A stretch of 27,673 nt of DNA from a virus (taxonomy: Duplodnaviria > Caudoviricetes), in the IMG/VR virus record IMGVR_UViG_3300030372_003675, positions 1 through 27,673 of that record; one strand, given 5' to 3'. Numbering within the stretch: position 1 is the first letter of the stretch; each line of letters begins with the position of its first letter. A model generated the notes under the pieces. It ran no database searches and was not told where the DNA came from. It was given only the letters and a program-made list of their open reading frames with translations. Positions 9,141-16,870 of this stretch are shown one piece after another. The position numbers and the translations under genes are program-made.

Positions 9141-9343
9141 AAAAGAAGCCAAGATGGGTTACTAATTCGGCTTTGATCGCCCGCAATTTTTCTGGATTTG
9201 GAAACCCCCTCGACTTGCCGATTGATTTGTTCTTGCTTCTTCTTGATAGAATTGGTTACATAAGACAAATGGAATCCGATGTTCCTATGTCCGACCGTGA
9301 TTATGTCGAGTTTATGAGCGAGTTTGCAACCTTCGAGGAATAA
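9134..9343 (+). CDS. -1 frameshift extension of the tail chaperone (gpGT-like, ~204 aa fusion 8730-9343); not in the ORF track
   Basis: The -1 frame is open for 69 codons (EIEKKPRWVTNSALIARNFSGFGNPLDLPIDLFLLLLDRIGYIRQMESDVPMSDRDYVEFMSEFATFEE) up to TAA 9341-9343, 5 nt before the TMP ATG. Confidence 0.8.
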   Translation, partial: EIEKKPRWVTNSALIARNFSGFGNPLDLPIDLFLLLLDRIGYIRQMESDVPMSDRDYVEFMSEFATFEE

Positions 9344-9348
9344 TACAA

Positions 9349-10569
9349 ATGGCAGACAATATAGGAACAGTAACCGTAGCAATTGAAGCCCAAACGGAAG
9401 AATTAACGAAGGGGCTAAAAAGTGCTGAACGTGCTGTAAACAACGCTGCCAAAAAAATGGAGCAAGAGTCGGCAAACCTTGCATCAAAAGCCGAAAAGTC
9501 TTGGACAGAGTTTGCAAGCAAAATGGGCGTTATCCAACAAGTTGGAGCAATAGCCCAGCAAGTTTGGAACGGTCTGGACGGTGTATTAAACGCTGTAACC
9601 GATAGCACCGCAAACGCAAGTCAAAAAATGTCGGGAGCAATGGACGCTATTGAAGCGGCTGGCATTCCGGTTTTATCTCAATTCATGGCAATTGGTCGAG
9701 GGATCGGCGGTTGGATTAGTGGAGAAAAACAACTAAGAAGAGAAATTGATGCAAGAACAGCCGCAACAGAACGTGCCGCAAAAAAAGAGTTGGAAGCATA
9801 TAACGAAAGACGAAAACACCGCCTAGAATTGTCTGAAATGACCGACGCTTTAATGCAAGCCATGCTCGAAGAAGCAGAAATGGCTTCACAAACCAATGAC
9901 CGAAATAAGTTGCGACTCAAGCAAGAACGAGAGCGAGTTGCTTTACTTGAGGCATTTGAAGCAAAGACAAAAGAAGCAAATAAGAATCGAACCCAAGAAG
10001 CCATTGATGCTGAAAAAGAAAGATTTGACAAAGCATTTGAACTTTTTAGACAAAATCAACGGAGAGAATTAGAGGCTTTTGATCAAGCGGCAGTAGACAA
10101 AGCGGACGCTGAAATCAGAGAAAACAATCGAGCAAATGCGGCAAAGAAAAAAGCGGACGAAGAAGCGGCAAAAGCAAGATTAGAAAAAACCATGAGTCTG
10201 CAAACAAAACTAGACATCATGCTTGCTAAACAATCGGGCGACGAAGAAAAAGCCAGAACTCTTGCAATTGAAGCCCGATATGAGGCTATGAAAAAGGGAG
10301 CAACCGAAGCCCAACTTGCAATCATAAACCAAATGCAAGCAATAGAATTGGCTGGCAAATCAACTGCCAAAACGTCTTCAGAGGGTGGTGGTGGATCTGT
10401 TACCGCTTCTGTTTCGACGGCTCTTGGTTCTTTTACTATTGCAAGAAGAGGGGTAGATTTGCAAACGAAGCAAGTTTCACTGCTTCAAAGAATTGCTCAA
10501 GCCCAAGAAAAAGTGGCTGACAAACTAACAAATACAACATCATCGCAAACGGTAACAATTCCATCTTAA
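9349..10569 (+). CDS. Tape measure protein (short, 406 aa)
   Basis: MADNIGTVTVAIEAQTEELTKGL N-terminus, Ala/Glu/Lys-rich helical body, position after the chaperone pair. Confidence 0.85.
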   Translation: MADNIGTVTVAIEAQTEELTKGLKSAERAVNNAAKKMEQESANLASKAEKSWTEFASKMGVIQQVGAIAQQVWNGLDGVLNAVTDSTANASQKMSGAMDAIEAAGIPVLSQFMAIGRGIGGWISGEKQLRREIDARTAATERAAKKELEAYNERRKHRLELSEMTDALMQAMLEEAEMASQTNDRNKLRLKQERERVALLEAFEAKTKEANKNRTQEAIDAEKERFDKAFELFRQNQRRELEAFDQAAVDKADAEIRENNRANAAKKKADEEAAKARLEKTMSLQTKLDIMLAKQSGDEEKARTLAIEARYEAMKKGATEAQLAIINQMQAIELAGKSTAKTSSEGGGGSVTASVSTALGSFTIARRGVDLQTKQVSLLQRIAQAQEKVADKLTNTTSSQTVTIPS

Positions 10570-10578
10570 GGGTAAACT

Positions 10579-11430
10579 ATGGCTGTAGCAGAAAAACTAA
10601 ATGGAACAAGGTCGGGAAGCATTGACACCACTTCTGGTGTTCGAACAATTGAACGGCACTTTTATGTAACCGGAACAAGTAACATACAAACAGCAATAGC
10701 GGAAATGGACGCTAGTGTTCCGCCATTCAGTAGCACATACCAAGTCGGAACAATGCTCGTTAACAATGTATCTGTAGCAGTTACCGCTAGATATTACGGC
10801 TCAAAGTCTTGGTCAAAACTTGAGGGAGAAACAGAGGGATGGGAGTTTGTTCTTAAATATACAACAAACCAAAACCAAGAAGTACCACCTGATGGAACCG
10901 GCTCTGGCGTAGATATTGAATGGATAACAACTCAAGGAAGCGTCGCTGGAACTAGCAAAAATTTATTTAGAGCAAAAGCGGTTGGCAATTCTTCAAGCGA
11001 TCCTGACAAAGACGACATCGGCGGTGAACTAATTGACGCTGGCGGGCAACCAACAACAGTCACTTGGACTAATTGGACATTTACAACAACCGTCAAATCC
11101 TATGAGTTTCCCGAACTTTCGGCTTTTGCAGATCTAATAGGAAAAAGAAACTCAACACCATATGAAGGGGCGGATGTTGGAGAGGTTTTGTATCTTGGTT
11201 TTAGTTGGTCGAAAGACTCTGGAAGCGACCCAACAATTTGGACTGTTACTCATAATTTCTCGGTAGATAAAAAACAATACCATGCTGAACAAGTAGCAAA
11301 GACCGACTCAAACGGCGACATAATTCTTAAGAAAGATGGAACAGGGGAATCGGCAACAACCCACGCTGCATTTGTTTATTGGGTTCAGCCTTTTGAAATG
11401 GCAAACTTTAACGCTTTACCGGATTTTTAA
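10579..11430 (+). CDS. Putative distal tail/tail-tip protein
   Basis: Beta-rich 283 aa immediately after the TMP; family not recognised. Confidence 0.5.
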   Translation: MAVAEKLNGTRSGSIDTTSGVRTIERHFYVTGTSNIQTAIAEMDASVPPFSSTYQVGTMLVNNVSVAVTARYYGSKSWSKLEGETEGWEFVLKYTTNQNQEVPPDGTGSGVDIEWITTQGSVAGTSKNLFRAKAVGNSSSDPDKDDIGGELIDAGGQPTTVTWTNWTFTTTVKSYEFPELSAFADLIGKRNSTPYEGADVGEVLYLGFSWSKDSGSDPTIWTVTHNFSVDKKQYHAEQVAKTDSNGDIILKKDGTGESATTHAAFVYWVQPFEMANFNALPDF

Positions 11431-11433
11431 ATC

Positions 11434-12057
11434 ATGGCTGAATTACAAAAAATTCAACGGATGAAATTTGGCATCATTGACCAAGTGTACATGAACACGA
11501 TAGTCGATGCTGTTAATGACTACCAAAAGCAAAAACCAAAAATAGACGAGGCACTTGCTTTTGTTTCAAATGCGAAGAAGTTTACTAGCCAGCCATTCTT
11601 GGCTCAAATAATATCAAACACGCCGGTGGGTAATGTTGAGTTTGTTCGATATGGCGGAGCAACAGAAACAATACCTGTAATATGGGCTTACAAATGGCAA
11701 GCCGTTTTGGTTGAAGAACAGTCGTCAACGTTTCCAACATTTGACATAAAAGGCGAAGACGATCCAACACAAAATATAACTACTGACATCATTGCTGATT
11801 CTTGGGCGGATGTTGGTTCTTGGACTTACACCGGCTACGCTTTTAATTTATCTGAATTAGCAAATGTCCAAACCTACGCAAGCGGCGGAATTGTAAACGG
11901 AGTAGAAATAACAAGCGAAGCATACCCCTCGACATTTAAACCGGTTGGTACACCCTCAAACACTTTTATGCTTTTGACTAAAAAAAGCCGACCAGATGGC
12001 TTGCCATTTTTTGTATTTGATCGTCAAGGAACTCACGACGGCGAGTCTTGTCCATGA
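11434..12057 (+). CDS. Putative tail-tip protein
   Basis: 207 aa in the tail operon; N-terminal helix then beta-rich region; ends GESCP; coupled to the next gene by ATGA. Confidence 0.45.
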   Translation: MAELQKIQRMKFGIIDQVYMNTIVDAVNDYQKQKPKIDEALAFVSNAKKFTSQPFLAQIISNTPVGNVEFVRYGGATETIPVIWAYKWQAVLVEEQSSTFPTFDIKGEDDPTQNITTDIIADSWADVGSWTYTGYAFNLSELANVQTYASGGIVNGVEITSEAYPSTFKPVGTPSNTFMLLTKKSRPDGLPFFVFDRQGTHDGESCP

Positions 12058-13295
12058 GTTTTGCTCGAACAAATTGTGCATGTTGTGGAGATTGTCCGGT
12101 CAACTGCGAAGTTTGTTTAACAACAACAAGCCAAACCATAGGCGGTGGTTGTGCACCAACAAAGCCAGCATCGGCTTATGACACCAGCCCGTATGATTGT
12201 GGGAGCAAGCCATTCAACTTTGCTTTTACATTTGGCAACAATGGCGAAAATGCTTTGTGCCACCAAGCAAACCTAACAGGATTTAACGAAACACCAAGCC
12301 ATTCTTCTTTACTTGGGGCTTGCGATGCCTATGTTGCAGGAGATTGGTATTGGTCAATAACCATGAACGAAGACTGGATTTTTGACGGATTGGCTTTGGA
12401 CTATGAAGCAAGCGGCTGGAAAAAATTTGAACAAGATGGTGGGGGCGACGATTGTGATAAATACCTTTACAAATTAGGCACAACGAATCCAAGTTGTTGC
12501 AATCAAGGATCAGGTAAAGGTGCAGTAAGTTGTGCGACATGCGGTTTTTCTAGTTTTACTGTTTCCGCTTGGGCTATAAGTATAAACTCTGAAGGCGAAA
12601 CAACACCAAGATTAACACCGGTCGAAGTATCAGACACTGACGACTACACCGCCTTTACTGTTTCATATCAAGGCGACTCTGATTATGTAACGGTTCAAAC
12701 TGCACCAAGTGCAATAACATTTACTTGGGTCGGTGGAACTTATGACGGAACAACATGCACAATACCAATAACAAACGAGGCAAGTATTCCAGCCAATTGT
12801 ATAAATGTAATGAATAAAGGAATAACCGCTACAAATATAGCGGACGACTTTGTTGGTTGTTGTCATGCTTTAAAAATAGGAACAACAAACATAGCATCGG
12901 GCGGAAGCACAAACGTCGAATACAACAAAATAAAAAATACAATGTATTATCGCTTCGCTTTTGAGTATCTTTGTTTGGCTCATTTGGGAACCGGTGCAAC
13001 TCGGGCTTCAGCCTTCGAAGATGTTTGGGATGGAACAAACTCATGCGACACGCCGGTTCTTATTACACCCGTTGAAACAATAAGGGGAATGCAATGGGAT
13101 TCGGACGACCAGCCGCTTGATCAATGCCAGTGTATTTCTGATTTGCCGTTTGAGCAGTATTATTGTGCTAACGAATACAGCCTAACAAGAGTTGCCTATT
13201 CAACCTCAAGCCCATGTATTGTAAGTGCACCGCTTGACGCATGCGGGGGTTCTTGCAATTGCTTTACAACCGGAGAAACTTTCGAATGGACATAA
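12054..13295 (+). CDS. Cysteine-rich putative tail/receptor-binding protein (413 aa, 28 Cys)
   Basis: N-terminal CACCGDCPVNCEVC cluster, Cys spread throughout, acidic and S/T/G-rich, no signal peptide. ATG 12054 overlaps the upstream stop. Confidence 0.55.
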   Translation: MSFARTNCACCGDCPVNCEVCLTTTSQTIGGGCAPTKPASAYDTSPYDCGSKPFNFAFTFGNNGENALCHQANLTGFNETPSHSSLLGACDAYVAGDWYWSITMNEDWIFDGLALDYEASGWKKFEQDGGGDDCDKYLYKLGTTNPSCCNQGSGKGAVSCATCGFSSFTVSAWAISINSEGETTPRLTPVEVSDTDDYTAFTVSYQGDSDYVTVQTAPSAITFTWVGGTYDGTTCTIPITNEASIPANCINVMNKGITATNIADDFVGCCHALKIGTTNIASGGSTNVEYNKIKNTMYYRFAFEYLCLAHLGTGATRASAFEDVWDGTNSCDTPVLITPVETIRGMQWDSDDQPLDQCQCISDLPFEQYYCANEYSLTRVAYSTSSPCIVSAPLDACGGSCNCFTTGETFEWT

Positions 13296-13684
13296 CAAAT
13301 AAAAAAGGCTTCATAAAATTACACGCTTTCGACTGGTCTGTTAAAGATGGGAAAATGAGAGTCGTACTTGCATTGTTTGAAGATCATGCTGAAATTGAGT
13401 CGATAAAACACTACTCAAGCGATCCTAAAGAAAAACCAACAACGCTTCAAAAAATAAAACAGTACGCAAAAGCGGAGGCTTCTTTGCTTTTAAATGGTGC
13501 TGTTGATGAAGAAATATACGAGGCAAGAATTTCGCTTTGCGGTTCTTGCGAACACCTTATCGCAAGCAATGACCCTGTAGGACATTGCAATGAATGCGGA
13601 TGCGGAACACGAAAACGGGCTGGCTTGACTATAAAGTGTAAAATGCCTGAAGCAACTTGCCCGAAAAACAAATGGAAAAAATGA
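13286..13684 (+). CDS. Cys-cluster protein, DUF6171-like C-terminal domain
   Basis: R...CxxC...CxxCGC...K......CP..KW pattern; ATG 13286 preferred over 13241. Confidence 0.6.
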   Translation: MDITNKKGFIKLHAFDWSVKDGKMRVVLALFEDHAEIESIKHYSSDPKEKPTTLQKIKQYAKAEASLLLNGAVDEEIYEARISLCGSCEHLIASNDPVGHCNECGCGTRKRAGLTIKCKMPEATCPKNKWKK

Positions 13685-13695
13685 GGAAATAAACA

Positions 13696-14601
13696 ATGGC
13701 AACTACCACATGGACTGGGGCTTCAAATTCAGATTGGGCGACAGCCGGAAATTGGACAAACGGGTTACCGGCGACAACGGATACCGCCATCATTGACGGA
13801 AGCGTAGGAATTACAGGCGGAACACCTTCGGGCAATGCCGAAGTAGAACGTGTATATATTGCCAGCACCTATACTGGAGCAATAGGTTCATCGGGAACAC
13901 CGCTAGAAATTGACGTTGCCCAACTATCAGTAGACAACTCAACATCGGGGAGCACTCATTTTATCCACTTGACCGGATCAAATAACACAACACCAAACTG
14001 CGTAATTGATGGAACAAAAACCGGTGCTGCGTTGTATATTTCAGGCGATTTGGCATCGGTTACAGTTGAGCCAACATTTGCAGGGACAATGTATTTAGGA
14101 AACTCAGCATCAAAAGACGCTGACATCAAAGACTTGGTCATGTTGTCAACCTCCGGAACAATTGACGCTTCAAACGCCGCAAATGTAAGTTGGGTCACAG
14201 GGGCAACTTGTTACCAAACAGCCGGAACAGTTACAATCGGAGAGCACTTTGGACAAGACTCAACATGGATAATGAGCGGCGGTTCTTTAAATGTTACCGG
14301 ATGGACTGCAACTTCAGGCGAAAGTCTTAAGATGCTTGGCGGAACGTGTACATGGACAGCCGGAAGTACAGGTACATCAGGAACAGCAGTAAACGCCTTG
14401 AACACTTTAAAAGTCATGGGCGGTACTTTTACAACTGCAACAAATGAGAAGGCGTATGTTAAATTTGGCACAATAGACCAGAGCGGCGGATCAATAAACA
14501 TGCAGTCGCCGTTCCCGAATATCACTTTTACAACATTCAACTCAACTTCAGGAACCTTTACATATCCTAAGCAATCCGTTCTTACTACAACAGCGAAATA
14601 A
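13696..14601 (+). CDS. Beta-helix adhesin-like virion protein (autotransporter-passenger-like)
   Basis: TWTGASNSDWATAGNW N-terminus followed by repeated GG-T/S-hydrophobic beta-strand units; G/T/S-rich; GAGG RBS. Confidence 0.6.
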   Translation: MATTTWTGASNSDWATAGNWTNGLPATTDTAIIDGSVGITGGTPSGNAEVERVYIASTYTGAIGSSGTPLEIDVAQLSVDNSTSGSTHFIHLTGSNNTTPNCVIDGTKTGAALYISGDLASVTVEPTFAGTMYLGNSASKDADIKDLVMLSTSGTIDASNAANVSWVTGATCYQTAGTVTIGEHFGQDSTWIMSGGSLNVTGWTATSGESLKMLGGTCTWTAGSTGTSGTAVNALNTLKVMGGTFTTATNEKAYVKFGTIDQSGGSINMQSPFPNITFTTFNSTSGTFTYPKQSVLTTTAK

Positions 14602-14615
14602 CAGGGGCTTGGCTT

Positions 14616-15398
14616 ATGGCTGATTGGGCTTCTTTTTGTGCAATAAGTTGCACCCATTGTCCATATCAATCGGACGATGCAATAGACAACCTCCTAAACT
14701 TGTTAAAGGGTAGGAAAATAACTCACTTTATCCACTTGGGAGATGTTGTTGATGGTGAGGGAGCCAGCGTACATGCGGACGATCCAGCCAGCCATACTTT
14801 GTATGAGGAGTTTGTTGTTGCTTCTGAAATGCTCAAGAAGATAAGGCTCGCTTTACCTTCGGATTGTAAGTTGATTTTACTTGACGGAAACCACGACGAT
14901 AACATACAAAGACCAGACTCTCGAAGGGTTCCCAAAGACTTTCGAGATTTGTGCAACCCGAGAAAAATGCATGGCGTAAAAGAAGAATACAAACGCTGGC
15001 AACACATACCATACCGGCATGGGCGTGAGGGAACATATCGGCTCGGTAATGTTATATTTGCACATGGGTTTGCGGCGGGTGCAAACTCAGGGGATATGGA
15101 AGCAATAACCCTCGCAAATGATTGTCATGGCATGCTTGTTAATCAGTTGGTTATTCGTGGACATACCCATCGACCACTACCGCCGACTCAGTGCAAAAGA
15201 TCAACAAAAGTAAAGTTGCCCCTATGGTATGCAAATGCTGGCTACATGGCTTTCGGAAATGGCAACAAGCGGGCACCCTACACTTATCGCTTTTCTGTTT
15301 CAGAATGGAAACACGCTTGCATTCTTGGGCGTTGTCAATTGGGGCGGGTAGGGAGAATGTCCAGAGAGTCTTGGGAAGCCGAAATGGTTTTGCTCTGA
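14616..15398 (+). CDS. Calcineurin-like metallophosphoesterase
   Basis: HLGDVVD, GNHD, AHG and GHTH motifs; motif I reads ISCTH rather than DxH. Confidence 0.85.
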   Translation: MADWASFCAISCTHCPYQSDDAIDNLLNLLKGRKITHFIHLGDVVDGEGASVHADDPASHTLYEEFVVASEMLKKIRLALPSDCKLILLDGNHDDNIQRPDSRRVPKDFRDLCNPRKMHGVKEEYKRWQHIPYRHGREGTYRLGNVIFAHGFAAGANSGDMEAITLANDCHGMLVNQLVIRGHTHRPLPPTQCKRSTKVKLPLWYANAGYMAFGNGNKRAPYTYRFSVSEWKHACILGRCQLGRVGRMSRESWEAEMVLL

Positions 15399-15399
15399 A

Positions 15400-15684
15400 A
15401 TGCCTAAAAGTAAAGAAAAAATAGAATACGAATTAGGCGACTTCATGTTTGTTGAATGGGTTGACGCTGAAACCATCGGCGACTCAACTTGGATGGACAT
15501 CGAAGAAGCAAAAGAAAGAGCCAAAGAAAGACCGCCGCATATGCGGACGGTAGGTTTTTTGTTGCATGTTGGAAAAGATTTTATAACGCTGACCGATTCT
15601 TTGGGATCAAACGAAACGGGGCACTTGACAAAAATCCCCTTACTAATGATAAAGAGAAAACAAAAATACAGGGTGGAAGCGTAA
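15400..15684 (+). CDS. Conserved-looking phage hypothetical protein
   Basis: VEWVDA....W......TVGFLL......L.......G....IP pattern that I recognise as common in phages; function unknown. Confidence 0.65.
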   Translation: MPKSKEKIEYELGDFMFVEWVDAETIGDSTWMDIEEAKERAKERPPHMRTVGFLLHVGKDFITLTDSLGSNETGHLTKIPLLMIKRKQKYRVEA

Positions 15685-16025
15685 TGACCGACTGCAATTG
15701 TGAATGCCATAAAAAAGACTCATGGTCAAAACTTAAAAAGTGCCAAGACGAAAAAAAGCAAAAAGAAAAACAAATAGAAAAACTGAATAAGAAACTCCTA
15801 GCGTTGACGATTTGTCTTTGCGTTCTTGGTACGCTTATTGGTCGAGAGGGTTTAGAAACGGTTGCCGAGTATTTCGAAGCAATAGACAAAGTCAAGCAAG
15901 GGGCAACAGATCTTATAGGAAGACAACCCGACCCCAATTTTATTGAGGCAATAGTCTTACCAAGTCCGGCTACGCTTCCCATTCTTGCTTTATTGTTGGC
16001 AACCCCGACCAAAAGGCGAAAATAA
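15684..16025 (+). CDS. Membrane protein (113 aa) with signal-anchor and PEP-CTERM-like C-terminus
   Basis: TAATG coupling gives the start MTDCNCEC; Lys-rich coil; TM segment LLALTICLCVLGTLIG; C-terminus VLPSPATLPILALLLATPTKRRK. Confidence 0.6.
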   Translation: MTDCNCECHKKDSWSKLKKCQDEKKQKEKQIEKLNKKLLALTICLCVLGTLIGREGLETVAEYFEAIDKVKQGATDLIGRQPDPNFIEAIVLPSPATLPILALLLATPTKRRK

Positions 16026-16346
16026 AGAAAAACAACTTAATTAGGAGCCGTAGGTTGCGTTGTGAGAGTCTTTAAGACTTTTTAGGTCTATCTACCCTCT
16101 AAAACTTAAATGCTCTAAAATCAAGCGTACGGGGCTTATTTTAATTAGTGCCCATTTATACCAAAAAAACGGGGCTTGCTCTTGGTATTGTTTCTTGTTA
16201 ATTATTGCAATTATTGCTACCGCATGCCCCTGAAACGAGCCGATTGAGTTATTATGCTTATTGTTGGGATGTTCCCGACTCAGGGGGAGGCGGTTGCTCA
16301 TGGATCGCACCCCCTTTTTAAATTTTTTCATAAGGAAGGAAACTAA
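16026..16346. promoter_or_regulatory. Main non-coding control region at the late/early boundary
   Basis: Longest intergenic gap; imperfect inverted repeat 16066-16115, direct repeats ACGGGGCTT x2 and AATTATTGC x2, -10-like TATTAT/TATGCT at 16250-16258. Confidence 0.6.
16283..16319 (+). terminator. Intrinsic terminator-like hairpin upstream of the first early gene
   Basis: GGGGG-AG-GCGGTT...GATCGC-A-CCCCC followed by TTTTT. Confidence 0.6.
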
Positions 16347-16673
16347 ATGAAAACACAAACAGACGAAGCAATCAGAGAAAAGGAACGCTGCATTTTGGAA
16401 GGTTTTGGATTTGAATCTAATGCTGACATGGGCGGAACGTTTTGGGAAATAAAACAGAGCGACGGAACCATTCTGAGTCTTTGCGGACAAAGTGAAGATT
16501 ATGACGACTTTGATAACGTTCTGGGGCTTTTTGCAGGGATGGTTACTTTGGAGAAACATGACGAATGCGGAGTCGTTCTTAATCATATAAACCTGAGCGA
16601 ACACTTGGGGATAAATTTTGACGCAGTTGTAACAGACGAACACCTTAACGCTTTTTTAAATCAAGTTTTATAA
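16347..16673 (+). CDS. Hypothetical acidic early protein
   Basis: 108 aa ORF with AGGAAGGAA RBS at 16333-16341. Confidence 0.75.
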   Translation: MKTQTDEAIREKERCILEGFGFESNADMGGTFWEIKQSDGTILSLCGQSEDYDDFDNVLGLFAGMVTLEKHDECGVVLNHINLSEHLGINFDAVVTDEHLNAFLNQVL

Positions 16674-16692
16674 AACAGGAAGGAACCAAAAA

Positions 16693-16869
16693 ATGAAATA
16701 CTTGAAATGGTGCTGGGAATTGTTAAACGATCTAGCCGAAGGCTTGACGCAAAGCGGCAGGCTTGATTGTCTAACAGGCAAAGAACCCGAAGAAATACAC
16801 CAAAAAGAAATTGACAACACTTTCGAACAAATCAAAGAACAACTCAAAACCCTAGAAATGGAGAATTAA
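16693..16869 (+). CDS. Small hypothetical protein (58 aa, MKYLKWCWELL...); not in the ORF track
   Basis: AGGAAGGAA RBS at 16677-16685; fills the gap exactly, stopping 1 nt before the next ATG. Confidence 0.7.
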   Translation: MKYLKWCWELLNDLAEGLTQSGRLDCLTGKEPEEIHQKEIDNTFEQIKEQLKTLEMEN

Positions 16870-16870
16870 A

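Noticed and set aside
1310-11430. Gene transfer agent cluster
   Set aside because: The contig is circular, has its own replication and recombination genes and has no flanking host genes.
12054-14601. Diversity-generating retroelement or invertible cassette acting on tail genes
   Set aside because: No reverse transcriptase, invertase or template/variable repeat pair was seen.
15489-15683. Long N-terminal extensions in the ORF track (15489; likewise 4730, 13241, 20731, 26920, 27215)
   Set aside because: They overlap upstream genes or lack an RBS; downstream ATGs show stop/start coupling or better RBS.
16092-16643. 183-aa minus-strand ORF as a divergent repressor or immunity gene
   Set aside because: No HTH or peptidase motif; overlaps the RBS-supported 16347 gene; composition looks like an antisense shadow.
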